This document shows positions 18,307-27,851 of a stretch of DNA of 64,000 nt, one piece after another (the stretch's first letter is position 1; each line of letters opens with the position of its first letter). This stretch comes from Patescibacteria group bacterium (GTDB lineage: Bacteria > Patescibacteriota > Patescibacteriia > UBA10025 > JAHIVO01). Both the position numbers and the translations under genes were made by a program. The notes under the pieces were generated by a model, which worked only from the letters and a program-made list of their open reading frames with translations, searched no databases and was not told where the DNA came from. Location of the stretch: the NCBI GenBank assembly GCA_049325535.1, contig JBMOKY010000001.1, positions 299,386-363,385 of the forward strand. The letters run 5' to 3'.

Positions 18307-18800
18307 ATGAATTGGTACTATTTGCCGCTCATATGATAAAGAAACACGCGAAACACATAAAACCAAATGAATTGCTGGAAAAGGTGATGAACGCAGGGAC
18401 GAGTTGGCATCATCATTGCCTGTCCCCACGGTGCTATGTCAATGATACCGGCCAGGAGATCGTTTTACTGGAGGCGGGGAATGACATGTTTTACTGCGGC
18501 AGTACCGCAGAATTGCGAGAACAGCTGGAGGAGCATGCCTATCAGATTTCCAAACCGAAACGTAAAAGCGCTCAACCTATCGCGCACGAAGCTTTGAACA
18601 TCGTTCGTGGGTATCACCGCCAGGGCGTCAAATGGCATTTCCATATTGCGATGCCGCGTTGTTTTCTCAGTATGCAGGATCAGTATTTGCTCATAATCGA
18701 AAATGACGATACGTCCACCAAGCATGAGTGGACATTTGCCCAGCATCCGGTGGAGCTGGTACGGGCGATTGATGACTACTATCTCGGACGGAAACGGTAG
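18307..18800 (+). CDS. hypothetical protein with duplicated W-H-x-H...PRC motif
   Basis: SD AGGAGAGG 5 nt upstream of ATG 18307; TSWHHHCLSPRCY and VKWHFHIAMPRCF. Confidence 0.55.
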
Positions 18801-18921
18801 CACCACTCGGAGGCAGAGGGGATCCCGGATGGATACACGTGACCCTGAGCCAGAGGCCATGCTGAGTACGGTGAGCAGCATACCCAGCGAAATTGGCGTA
18901 AAAAAGTGCTATACTATACGC

Positions 18922-19506
18922 ATGGGTATATACGGAAAAGCCATGGATAATTTTTTTATGAGAAGGCCGCATACTGCTGGGTGGCTGATGTTTGGATTAA
19001 CCGTCATCGCCGTAGTCGGTGCGCGGCTGGTCGTCATCGGGTATTTTCTGACCGGGATGATCATCACGGTGATAGCAGGATGCGTAGTCCTGTCTATGAT
19101 TGGTACATTTTTTTCGAAGAAAATGGATGCGACCATGGATCTCTTTCGAAATAACCCCTGGAGCCATGCGCTACTTCTCGGTATTGGCATTTTCACCATT
19201 CTTTTTTATGAATCGATGGAGGGTATCCAGCAGTTTGTGGTCGAATGGCTCTGGTTTTTTATTCCTTTCCTTATTATTTATGTGATCATTTTTACGGGTA
19301 TGTGGCATGAGCGTCGCACAGGGATAAATAGTTATACCCGCATGATGGATCGGCTGCCCGCTCATTCCGTGCGCCATAAAATAATGCTCATGATTACTGT
19401 CGTCAGCGCCTTTGTTTTTATATTTGGATTATTAGGGCTTATCGTGATAGATAGTGTCGGTATGATTATTGGTCTGTATGAGTGTGCAGTTTGGGTAATT
19501 CGGTAG
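18922..19506 (+). CDS. hypothetical membrane protein (start uncertain, possibly leaderless)
   Basis: TATACT -10 box immediately upstream of ATG 18922; several TM helices. Confidence 0.45.
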   Translation: MGIYGKAMDNFFMRRPHTAGWLMFGLTVIAVVGARLVVIGYFLTGMIITVIAGCVVLSMIGTFFSKKMDATMDLFRNNPWSHALLLGIGIFTILFYESMEGIQQFVVEWLWFFIPFLIIYVIIFTGMWHERRTGINSYTRMMDRLPAHSVRHKIMLMITVVSAFVFIFGLLGLIVIDSVGMIIGLYECAVWVIR

Positions 19507-19624
19507 TATACTATTTTTCGGAAATAAGATGAACTGCACCCTCTGAAAAAAGCATGCCGTACAAAAAAGCAAAACCCCCGCACGCGATATTGGGCGGAGC
19601 GTTTTGCTTTGCGCTATGATGGTG

Positions 19625-20593
19625 CTATTCGGTGGGAATAAGCACAGCGTCGATGACATGGATTACGCCATTTGAACCAGTGATGTCTGTTTGGGTTACA
19701 TTTGATTCATTGACGCGCACGCCGTTTGAGGCATCAATTGAGACTGTTGAACCCTCGAGGGTTTTGGCAGATTCCAATGTGACGACATCAGCGGCCATGA
19801 CTTTTCCAGAGACGACGTGGTAGGTAAGGATTTTGGTCAGGCGGGGAACATCATTTAAGAGTTCATCGATGGTGTCCTGCCCGAGCTTGGCAAATGCTGC
19901 ATCTGTCGGAGCAAAGACCGTGAAAGGTCCAGTGCCCGAGAGGGTCTCAACCAAACCGGCTGTTTGGAGCGCGGTGACCAGCGTATTGAATGTGCCTGCA
20001 TTCTGAGCAATCTCGACTATCGTTTGCGAGTCGAGTTTAGCCAATTCAGCACTGACTGATTCTGGTACGAGTACGCTATCGATCACATGGATGATACCAT
20101 TTGATGCGCGGATGTCAGTATTGGTTACCATGGCGGTGCCAACCTTGACGCCGTCTGAAGTGTCAATCGTGAGTGACTCACCCTGGACCGTTTTCGCGCT
20201 AGTAAGATTTACTACGTCAGCTGCGGATACTGATCCGGAGACCACGTGGTAGGTGAGCACATCACTGAGTAAGTCTGGATTTGCCAAAAGTGTATCCAGG
20301 GTACCCTCAGGAAGTGTGGCAAAGGCGGCATCCGTCGGAGCAAAGACCGTGAAAGGTCCAGTGCCCGAGAGGGTGTCGACTAAACCAGCTTCTTGTACGG
20401 CAGTCACCAAAGTTGTGAATGTACCGGTCGATTGAGCGGTTTCAACGATTGTTTTGAGGGAACTATTTGAATTGTTTGTGGTTGCTGCGGTATTCGTATT
20501 TGCCGCATCGTCGGATGAGGTCAGGAGAAATACCGCGATGGCGCCAACCAACAGCACCAGTACTGCAATCATGAGAGTTGAATTTCTTTTCAT
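19625..20593 (-). CDS. secreted protein with two fasciclin (FAS1) domains
   Basis: Signal/TM then two copies of ...[10 protein letters not shown]...TYHVVSG...[11 protein letters not shown]. Confidence 0.85.
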   Translation of the reverse strand: MKRNSTLMIAVLVLLVGAIAVFLLTSSDDAANTNTAATTNNSNSSLKTIVETAQSTGTFTTLVTAVQEAGLVDTLSGTGPFTVFAPTDAAFATLPEGTLDTLLANPDLLSDVLTYHVVSGSVSAADVVNLTSAKTVQGESLTIDTSDGVKVGTAMVTNTDIRASNGIIHVIDSVLVPESVSAELAKLDSQTIVEIAQNAGTFNTLVTALQTAGLVETLSGTGPFTVFAPTDAAFAKLGQDTIDELLNDVPRLTKILTYHVVSGKVMAADVVTLESAKTLEGSTVSIDASNGVRVNESNVTQTDITGSNGVIHVIDAVLIPTE

Positions 20594-20748
20594 AGTGAGA
20601 ATATTTTAGTGAATGAGATATTTTCGACCTTGCAATGGTTATAGTAGGGGATATTTTGAAAAGGTGCAAAACGTGCATTTTAATCAGAATTTAAACTTCC
20701 AAACAAAGTTGATTTAGATGTGGATTGCATAAGATTGAGATTATTGTA

Positions 20749-20791
20749 ATTAAAAAAATCCCCGCAGCGGAGCAATGAAAGTGCTGCGGGG
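20749..20791 (-). terminator. rho-independent terminator of small membrane-protein gene
   Basis: tccccgcagc-N-gctgcgggga stem, minus strand followed by TTTTTTT. Confidence 0.6.
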
Positions 20792-20820
20792 ACAGACGGC
20801 GACGGGGTAACCGTCAGGCT

Positions 20821-21000
20821 TCAGATGGCTGTCGGGTCAGCCGGTTTGGGAGCGGCATTTGCGCGCTCTTTACGCTCTCGTTTTATGGCCAGATAATAGG
20901 CATGGCGAATCAACTGCACTTTGAATAGCGGGCCAATCACGGCTATGAGCATCACGGCGCAGACGGCGACGATTTGCCAAAAGGACGGAGAGTGGTCCAT
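20821..21000 (-). CDS. 59-aa small membrane protein (absent from ORF track)
   Basis: MDHSPSFWQIVAVCAVMLIAVIGPLFKVQLIRHAYYLAIKRERKERANAAPKPADPTAI; GGAGG SD; own promoter and terminator. Confidence 0.5.
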   Translation of the reverse strand: MDHSPSFWQIVAVCAVMLIAVIGPLFKVQLIRHAYYLAIKRERKERANAAPKPADPTAI

Positions 21001-21036
21001 GTTCCTCCAAACAGGTGATAGGTATCAACGCATCCT

Positions 21037-21065
21037 AGTGTAGTGAAGTAGTGGCGCGCTGTCAA
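21037..21065 (-). promoter_or_regulatory. sigma70-like promoter (TTGACA-17-TACACT) for 20821..21000
   Basis: Consensus -35 and near-consensus -10 with 17-nt spacer on minus strand. Confidence 0.45.
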
Positions 21066-21067
21066 TG

Positions 21068-21104
21068 TAATAAAACGGCCCATTTCTCGAAAGAGAAACG
21101 GGCC
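21068..21104 (-). terminator. hairpin GGCCCGTTTCTC-TTTC-GAGAAATGGGCC followed by GTTTTATT (minus-strand reading)
   Basis: 12-bp stem with one mismatch; would terminate a minus-strand transcript of the 21115-21445 region. Confidence 0.5.
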
Positions 21105-21114
21105 TGGTTGAGAA

Positions 21115-21445
21115 TTAACTTCCCATAACTGGGAAGTCGTGGCAGAAAAACCATAACCGTGCGTCAGACGACACACGCCGTGTCCCGGTTACGGAGCCAG
21201 GGGATGGCACAGGACACCAGGGGAGGTACGGAACAGTGGCTTCCGAGCCACTGAAAAATTTAGATAAAGAACAGTATATGGGCTGCGGCGTTCTCCCGTG
21301 CGGAAGAAACGCAAACCTCGGCATGTGCTTAAGCCATAAGCTGGTTTACATAGGCGTACCGCCGCAGCCCGGTGAATAGGTGAAACGTGCGTAGAGTGCC
21401 GTGTGAACCATGTCATCAGGCAGTGAGCACTATAGCATATATGAG
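21115..21445 (+). ncRNA. structured non-coding RNA candidate; local similarity to bacterial RNase P RNA (type A) P10-P12 region; strand and identity unresolved
   Basis: 330 nt with no credible ORF. ACATAGGCGTACCGCCG...GGTGAATAGGTGAAACGTGCGTAGAGTGCC resembles E. coli M1 ACAGARA...AACCGCC...GGTAAGGGTGAAAGGGTGCGGTAAGAGCGCACC. Hairpin CTTCCCAtaaCTGGGAAG then AGTCGTGGC resembles P3/P4. P15-P18 and 3' P4 strand not found. Minus-strand extended -10 TGcTATAGT at about 21427-21435 and flanking minus-strand terminators favour the minus strand instead. Confidence 0.3.
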
Positions 21446-21446
21446 T

Positions 21447-21486
21447 AAAAAATAAAAACCCGCTCGAACGACATGCGCTCAAGCGG
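21447..21486 (-). terminator. rho-independent terminator of 21490..22110 gene
   Basis: 12-bp stem cccgcttgagcg/cgttcgagcggg followed by TTTTTATTTTTT on minus strand. Confidence 0.65.
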
Positions 21487-21489
21487 GTG

Positions 21490-22110
21490 CTAGGAAATGT
21501 GCTGACGGAATCGCCGGCGGAACTCGAGTGAGATCCGATAGAAAATGAGATCCGCGATGATCTTGCCGGTGACGATACCGATTTTGAATAGCGGCAGTTG
21601 GATTATCAGGATGCCTACTCCAAATAACGGAATCCCGCCGTATCCTGTCGGAATCATCACGGTGGTCATCGTATCAGCGGACCAGATGAGTACTTGGGGC
21701 ATCGACCACAGGGTGAATGGTCGAATCAGGAGATCGTCGAGAAATCCGGCCACTCCATGCTCGATGACCATAGCACGGAATGCGAGACCGATTGAGTTAA
21801 TCAGTCTCCGGTATTGTCCCGAATGAGTGGCACGGTAGAACCTCCACACTTGACGTATGAATCCCGATCCGTAAAATCCCACCATCTCGCCCATGGTACC
21901 AGCGACTGCCGCTGATGCGAAATTTTCCGTCTGCGAATACATGATGAACGCAAAGGTGTATGAGAATGCCAGTGCAAATACTTCCAGTGGCCAGTATGCT
22001 TTGAACATTTCCCGCAGTGTATTGTGTTGCTGAGGATACTGTTCCAAGCGATATTCCTTTTTTAAATGTGCCTTTTTTTGTACGGTAGTAGCGTGCGAGA
22101 TTACTGCCAT
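21490..22110 (-). CDS. hypothetical polytopic membrane protein
   Basis: 206 aa, multiple hydrophobic helices; no family recognised. Confidence 0.5.
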   Translation of the reverse strand: MAVISHATTVQKKAHLKKEYRLEQYPQQHNTLREMFKAYWPLEVFALAFSYTFAFIMYSQTENFASAAVAGTMGEMVGFYGSGFIRQVWRFYRATHSGQYRRLINSIGLAFRAMVIEHGVAGFLDDLLIRPFTLWSMPQVLIWSADTMTTVMIPTGYGGIPLFGVGILIIQLPLFKIGIVTGKIIADLIFYRISLEFRRRFRQHIS

Positions 22111-22307
22111 ACTCTTTGGCGTTTCACCGCATCGACGTATGATATCTCATATTGGGCATTGAGTCAATGGTACATATTCTGTCCGATCTCGCTGGATCAT
22201 TATTTGGGAAACCGTATGTGCCGTAATGCCGATACGCTATTTTCATAAAAAAAAGAAGGCCCACAATCCTATTGCAGGCCCGTACGAGAGATGATGTCAT
22301 CCTATGT

Positions 22308-22551
22308 TTAGTCCGCGTTTTTCAGCGCGGAACCGATCTGCACGACGCTGATGGAAATGCCCCACAGCGCCAGCAGCATGATGGCCGCGTGTTTGCCGTC
22401 CACCGTACTCAGGTGGCTCAGCGAATCGGCGGTCTCTGCCGCATGGTGGAAAATGTTTGACAACGTTCCCTGGTACGGACCGGAAATGGTCCAGCAGAAG
22501 AAGGGAATGAGGCAAACGATGAGGATAAAGAGCCACACCACTGGTTTCATA
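22308..22551 (-). CDS. small two-TM membrane protein
   Basis: MKPVVWLFILIVCLIPFF...; GGAGG SD before ATG 22551. Confidence 0.45.
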
Positions 22552-22702
22552 CGGAAACCTCCTTTCGGGTTTTTGTGGTGAACGATGTATACTAGCATCT
22601 GTCCATCTTTTTGTCAATACCTTTCACCTGATCGACGGATGAAACAAACAGGCGGAGGTGTGGTACCGCCGCCTGGGTTTATTGGATTTGGCATCCGTGT
22701 GT

Positions 22703-23503
22703 CTATCGGACGAGCTGGGTAGCCGTGTCGTGCAGCAGGCCATTCGTGGCGATGATGCGTTTGACCGAGCGATCGCTCGGGTCGAGCTGGTTTCCCGCCA
22801 GATCGGTGACGCGTCCGCCCGCTTCCTCCAGGATGAGAGAGGCCGCTGCCACGTCGATGAACCGTGTGTCGCAGGTCATCAGGTCGAAATGCCCCCGTGC
22901 CACATGGACCATGTCCAGTGCCGTAGAGGAGATATAGCGCATCTTCAGGGCATGTCGGGCGAATTCCTGAAAAGTGGCCATGCCCCGATGCATCAGCTCG
23001 GGCTGGTCGGCACGTGACCACCAGGAGGCGCTCACTGCCGCTTGCTCCAGCTGTGTGGTTTTCGAAACGGCAAGCGGGAGCTGGTGTGCCGCATCTGAAT
23101 TGAGGTAGGCGCCATGTCCCCGTGCGGCTGTTATCATCTCCCGGGTGATCGGATTCATGATGACGCCGACCGTGGTTTCACCAGCGATGACCAGCGCCAC
23201 CGAGATGCAGAACCAGGGGATGGAAAGCGTGAAATTGGTGGTGCCGTCGATGGGGTCGATGAACCATTGTTCCGCGCCATCACCGATGGTGTCGGTTTCC
23301 TCCTCCCCGAAAATTCCGTGGCTGGGGAAGCGCCGGCGGATGATATCCACGATCCGCCGCTCTGCCTGACGGTCCGATTGGGTGACGAAGTCACCCGCCA
23401 CACTTTTGGTCTCGACCAGCATCTGTCGACCAAATGCCGGCCTGACGATGTCCGCGGCGCCGAGCACCGCTTCTACCGCACAATCAAGGTACTCTTTGAA
23501 CAT
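22703..23503 (-). CDS. inositol monophosphatase family protein (second paralog)
   Basis: FGEEETD...EQWFIDPIDGTTNF; start MFKEYLD at 23503. Confidence 0.85.
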   Translation of the reverse strand: MFKEYLDCAVEAVLGAADIVRPAFGRQMLVETKSVAGDFVTQSDRQAERRIVDIIRRRFPSHGIFGEEETDTIGDGAEQWFIDPIDGTTNFTLSIPWFCISVALVIAGETTVGVIMNPITREMITAARGHGAYLNSDAAHQLPLAVSKTTQLEQAAVSASWWSRADQPELMHRGMATFQEFARHALKMRYISSTALDMVHVARGHFDLMTCDTRFIDVAAASLILEEAGGRVTDLAGNQLDPSDRSVKRIIATNGLLHDTATQLVR

Positions 23504-23651
23504 GATGGTTCCTTTCTGTTTTTGGTGAATGCTGGATAGTACCATGCGCTGAGCCTGGGCGTCAACTGTCGACCCAGCATAAAAAAAATCCGCCGGGGAG
23601 GGTAGTATACCCCGGCGGTATGGAGGAACCAGTGGTCGTACATGACGACCG

Positions 23652-23882
23652 TCACTGATGGCACGTCGCTCGACAATGGAGCGCGTGGTGGAGGTGGTAG
23701 TGCAGGTGCGGGATGCGGCTCCGCCGGCGGAATTCGACATACTGCCGACGGTTGTCGGTGCAGACGCGTACCAGGGTAACCCCATCATAGGGAATGCGAA
23801 TCAGTCGTCCGCCGGCGCAGGTTATCACGCACTGCTTGCGGCGGAAAACGACGCGGTTGATGCGGACACGGCGTGGTCGCAT
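23652..23882 (-). CDS. small Arg-rich basic protein (76 aa)
   Basis: AAGGAGAT SD 7 nt upstream; MRPRRVRINRVVFRRKQCVITCAGGRLIRIPYDGVTLVRV...; no family assigned. Confidence 0.5.
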   Translation of the reverse strand: MRPRRVRINRVVFRRKQCVITCAGGRLIRIPYDGVTLVRVCTDNRRQYVEFRRRSRIPHLHYHLHHALHCRATCHQ

Positions 23883-24029
23883 AGTATCTCCTTCTGGGAA
23901 GGTGCTGGTGAGTTATGTCCTACCTGTAGCCTAGTCCGATGGCGCATGATTTGTCAATTCGGGAGGACCTGGTATGATGGAGGAAGTAAGCAGAAGTGCG
24001 CACTCATAATTAAAGTAAGAAGCAATACT

Positions 24030-24344
24030 ATGAATGGTCAACCGCAAACACAGCCGAATCAGCAACAGATAAACATAAAAATAGACGACGTCACCATGAA
24101 GGGCGCGTATTCGAATGCGATGGGCGTGTCCCATTCAAAAGAAGAATTCGTCCTGGATTTCATGAATATCTACGCACACCAACGATCGGGCATCGTGTCA
24201 GCGCGCGTCATCACCAGCCCCGGGCACATGAAGCGGATTTACAAAGCCCTGGAGGAAAACATCAAGAAATACGAAGATCGCTTTGGAAAAATTGAGGAAG
24301 CGGCCGCGCCGGGAGCCGGTGACATCGGCTTTCGAACGGTGTAA
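24030..24344 (+). CDS. DUF3467 family protein
   Basis: INIKIDDVTMKGAYSNAMGVSHSKEEFVLDFMNI...ARVITSPGHMKRIYKALEENIKKYEDRFG matches DUF3467 pattern; upstream part of track ORF 23658.. rejected. Confidence 0.65.
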   Translation: MNGQPQTQPNQQQINIKIDDVTMKGAYSNAMGVSHSKEEFVLDFMNIYAHQRSGIVSARVITSPGHMKRIYKALEENIKKYEDRFGKIEEAAAPGAGDIGFRTV

Positions 24345-24405
24345 AAAAAAGACCCGAGTCGTGCGAAGTGCGAAACTCGGGTTGTTGGTTTGAGCAATTG
24401 TTTCT

Positions 24406-25089
24406 TTAGGTGGCATTGAGCTGCTCGACGGTTTTGTCGAAAAGCCAGTTGACGGCGGTGCTGAAGAGTTGCGTGCGCTCTTCGCGCTGCGCTGCGGTCA
24501 AGCCGGGACGTTCCACGATGTTGGCGCGGTAGTGCGGCCGTTCGCCCGGCTTTTTGCCGAACATCAGGATGTCCATGCGCAGGCCGGCTATCTGGATGAG
24601 CAGCGCTAGATAGACTTTGCGCCATTCGCGCGTCATTTCGAGACGCCGGTGGTGGAGCATCGACCAGATTAGTGCGGGTTCAGCCAGGTGGGCATTCTTC
24701 TCGTGGTAGATGAACTGGAAGAGGGTGTATGCCACCCCGCGGCCTACCGGATGGTAGGCGCTTTCGAGCCCGTCGATGATCCGGACGTCGGTTGCTTTCA
24801 GATACTGATTGAGGAGGGCGGCGTGCCGCATGCGGATGTGGCTCATATCGAGTGAATAGTACGGCCTGGGGTCGTACTGCTCGGCGAACGCCATGATCTG
24901 TTCCAGGTCGTTGTCGGTGAGCGTCTTTCCGGTGAGGTACACCTCGAGCGCTGGCGGCGGCGCGGGCGGCGCGGGCGGATTGACGCGGTAAGCGAACCGG
25001 ATGGCCTGCTCCACGAATTTCGGCATATCCACGATGCCAAAAGCGCCCTGGCAGCAGTCCGTCAGCGAGATTCTGTTCTTCGTATTCAC
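24406..25089 (-). CDS. hypothetical protein (227 aa), operon partner of 25120..25485
   Basis: Pro-rich linker PPAPPAPPP; no known motif. Confidence 0.55.
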   Translation of the reverse strand: MNTKNRISLTDCCQGAFGIVDMPKFVEQAIRFAYRVNPPAPPAPPPALEVYLTGKTLTDNDLEQIMAFAEQYDPRPYYSLDMSHIRMRHAALLNQYLKATDVRIIDGLESAYHPVGRGVAYTLFQFIYHEKNAHLAEPALIWSMLHHRRLEMTREWRKVYLALLIQIAGLRMDILMFGKKPGERPHYRANIVERPGLTAAQREERTQLFSTAVNWLFDKTVEQLNAT

Positions 25090-25119
25090 GATATTCTCCT
25101 TGTACGGGTAGTGGCGGTT

Positions 25120-25485
25120 TTAGAGCCGATCCGTGAAATGGGTTTTGAAGAGCGCGGGTCCAAATGCCACAGCGGATTCGTTTCGATTCGGAAATACATT
25201 GATCCGATCCGTGTCGATGCCGGTGGCCCAGTACGATGTTCCGGTGCGGAATACAATCCTGCCGCCGGAGGCATAGTCCCTGGTGCAGCGCACCTGAGTG
25301 GCTTCCTGAAAATGGGCGACCATCTCTTCGTCGCTGAATGCCGTGACCCCGCCGCCGTCCTTATCCAGGATAGCGCCGGTCTGGCTGGGCAGGCGACGAT
25401 GGTAGATGTGCCCGATGGTAAAATCACAGCCATCTCGGGTGATCGGTGAGATACACCGGAAATAGCTGGTTTTGGTAATGTTCAT
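25120..25485 (-). CDS. hypothetical protein (121 aa)
   Basis: GGAGGTG SD before ATG 25485 (MNITKTSYFRC...); 30-nt gap to downstream gene. Confidence 0.5.
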   Translation of the reverse strand: MNITKTSYFRCISPITRDGCDFTIGHIYHRRLPSQTGAILDKDGGGVTAFSDEEMVAHFQEATQVRCTRDYASGGRIVFRTGTSYWATGIDTDRINVFPNRNESAVAFGPALFKTHFTDRL

Positions 25486-25574
25486 AGCACCTCCGTGCGA
25501 TATTCTATGTTGATTTTTGTTTTGCCTAAATCTAGTGTACACTACTAGTAGAATATGTATTTGTCAATGCCCTC

Positions 25575-26639
25575 ATGCGCGTGGAGCAAACAAAAAAAGA
25601 AATTCCGAAAGCCGAAGATTTTAAGGCTCCGCAACCAGTGCACAAGCTGCTAGTGCTGTTTGGATTGATTATCGGCGCCACGGCCCTTTTTTGGCTGGCT
25701 TGGCGCTATGCCCTGACCACCATCGATTTTTCCCTCGGCGCCAAGAATATTTCCACGGTAATAATAACACTGCTCGCTTTCACGCTAATGTGCGCGCTGG
25801 TGGCCCTGACCGGCGTACTCGTGACGCAGCGGCGGTATTTGTTGCCGGCATGCGCTATCGCGTCAGCTACCGGCGTGGTATTTTTTGGAGTGTCGTGGTG
25901 GAGCGTGGCGGCGGTTGTCATCATGGCGCTCGGCTGGATGTACTGGTTACGGGAAATCCGTAATGATATCAAAACGCGCATCAAACTTATCCCGCAGCGC
26001 ACGACCAGCGCCGGATTGACCGGTGTAGTCGTCTGTATGCTGCTGGCAATTTCCCTGATGTATTATGGGTTTTTGGTGGGACAGCGCGATTTCCAATCAA
26101 ATGTCACTGACGGCTTGGTCGATACCGGTGTCGGGGTGGTGAATATTGTACTGGGCAAGGTGTACGGTGAGCAGTATAATCCGGACATGACCCTGGATGC
26201 TTTTCTCGGATCGGTTGCACGGCTGGAATCCCTGAAGCAGCAGGGGATGGATGAGGTGAACGCGCTTGCTCCGGCCGAGGACATCGAGGCGCTGAACGAC
26301 GTCATTGCCCAGGGAATATCCCAGGCAGAGCAGGAGATCATCAGTCAGGCGCGCCAGGAATTCCTCGATACGTTCAAAATCGAGGCCGGTGGTGACGAGC
26401 ATATGGAATCGGTAGTGAAGAAGATTGCTACTCAAAATATCACTACGTACGTCGATCCATATCGGCGGTTTATTCCGGCTTTGTTGGCCGTCAGTTTATT
26501 CTTTCTGCTTAATGTTTTTTCCATCCTTTACCGCGAATTGATTAAATCATGCGCTGTAATCCTTTTTTATATATTGTCCTGGACACATTTTATAAAGAAA
26601 ACCGAAGTGCAGACGACGGTGGAAAAGGTAACCCTCTGA
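25575..26639 (+). CDS. hypothetical membrane protein with helical C-terminal domain
   Basis: 354 aa; 4-5 TM then soluble region. Confidence 0.55.
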   Translation: MRVEQTKKEIPKAEDFKAPQPVHKLLVLFGLIIGATALFWLAWRYALTTIDFSLGAKNISTVIITLLAFTLMCALVALTGVLVTQRRYLLPACAIASATGVVFFGVSWWSVAAVVIMALGWMYWLREIRNDIKTRIKLIPQRTTSAGLTGVVVCMLLAISLMYYGFLVGQRDFQSNVTDGLVDTGVGVVNIVLGKVYGEQYNPDMTLDAFLGSVARLESLKQQGMDEVNALAPAEDIEALNDVIAQGISQAEQEIISQARQEFLDTFKIEAGGDEHMESVVKKIATQNITTYVDPYRRFIPALLAVSLFFLLNVFSILYRELIKSCAVILFYILSWTHFIKKTEVQTTVEKVTL

Positions 26640-26649
26640 ACTGCACGAC

Positions 26650-26678
26650 TTGACAGGACGCTTGCGTGCGCGTAGACT
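26650..26678 (+). promoter_or_regulatory. sigma70-like promoter TTGACA-17-TAGACT for dnaJ
   Basis: Consensus -35, 17-nt spacer, -10 TAGACT, about 20 nt before ATG 26698. Confidence 0.5.
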
Positions 26679-26697
26679 GTTATATTTAGAGTATCCT

Positions 26698-27801
26698 ATG
26701 GCAAAAGATTTATACGAAATTTTAGGCGTCAGCAAAACAGCATCGGCGGATGAGATCAAGAAAGCCTACCGCAAACTGGCTCACCAGCACCATCCGGATA
26801 AACAGGGTGGCAACGAAGAAAAATTCAAGGAGATCAACGGTGCGTATCAGGTCCTGAGCGATCCAGAGCGCCGGCAGCGCTATGATCAATTCGGCAGCCA
26901 ATATGAGCAGGCAGCCGGTGCCCGCGGACAAGGGTTCTCCTGGGAAGATTTCGCTCGTGCGGCGGGTGGTGGTTTTGGTCAGGGTCAGCAGACCAGCTAT
27001 GACTTCGGGGATTTCGGTGACATTTTCGGAGATATTTTCGGGTTTGGTCGCAGGAGTGGAGGTCGCGCTGCACGCAGTCGCGGTCAGGACATCCAGGCTG
27101 ACCTGCGGATTACTATTCGGGAAGCGGCATTCGGCGTGGAGAAACAGGTGAGTTTATACAAATATGTCGAGTGCGGTCACTGCGCCGGTAATGGCGCTGA
27201 GCCCGGAAGCAGCATCGAGACCTGTCGTACTTGTGGGGGTCGCGGGCAAGTAGAGCAAATCCAGCAGACGATCCTCGGCCAGTTCCGTACCGCGGCGGTG
27301 TGTCCGGACTGCCACGGCGAGGGCAAGAAAGCGAGTACGAAATGTTCCGTCTGTGGGGGAACCGGTCGAAAACGCGCCAGTGAGGAAATTCGTATCAAGA
27401 TCCCGGCAGGTATCAGCGACGGGGAAGCAATCCGCGTTTCCGGTAAGGGTGAGGCGGGAATACGGGGCATCAGCGCTGGGGATCTGTATATAACCGTTCA
27501 TGTCGATTCGGATCCGGCATTTACCCGTGAAGGAGATGATATTCTTTCTACGGTCGAGATTAGTTTCAGTCAGGCCGCGCTCGGCACGAAGGCTCCGGTA
27601 GAGACCCTGGACGGTGAAGTTATGCTCAAAATTCCCGCTGGTACCCAATCCGGCAAAGTGTTCAAATTAGCCGGTAAAGGCGTGACGCATCTGCGATCGC
27701 GCGGTCGCGGCGACCATCTGGTGACTGTTGTCGTCCTGACCCCGACGAAATTGTCACGTAAACAAAAGCAGCTGCTCGAAGAGCTCGCCGAAGAAGAGTA
27801 G
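26698..27801 (+). CDS. dnaJ: molecular chaperone DnaJ
   Basis: J-domain with HPD, G/F region, four CxxCxGxG repeats, C-terminal domains. Confidence 0.93.
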   Translation: MAKDLYEILGVSKTASADEIKKAYRKLAHQHHPDKQGGNEEKFKEINGAYQVLSDPERRQRYDQFGSQYEQAAGARGQGFSWEDFARAAGGGFGQGQQTSYDFGDFGDIFGDIFGFGRRSGGRAARSRGQDIQADLRITIREAAFGVEKQVSLYKYVECGHCAGNGAEPGSSIETCRTCGGRGQVEQIQQTILGQFRTAAVCPDCHGEGKKASTKCSVCGGTGRKRASEEIRIKIPAGISDGEAIRVSGKGEAGIRGISAGDLYITVHVDSDPAFTREGDDILSTVEISFSQAALGTKAPVETLDGEVMLKIPAGTQSGKVFKLAGKGVTHLRSRGRGDHLVTVVVLTPTKLSRKQKQLLEELAEEE

Positions 27802-27851
27802 CGGTTCCCGGGCATCGTACAATCAATGCAATAACCCTTACCGTCACTGGT

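Noticed and set aside
21115-21482. Minus-strand ORFs 21115..21324 and 21189..21482
   Set aside because: They are mutually overlapping, lack an SD, and lie within a region with RNA-like hairpins and terminators. The region is treated as non-coding RNA instead.
23658-24029. N-terminal 124 aa of track ORF 23658..24344
   Set aside because: It overlaps the well-supported minus-strand gene 23652..23882 with its strong SD. The recognisable DUF3467 domain starts at the internal Met at 24030.
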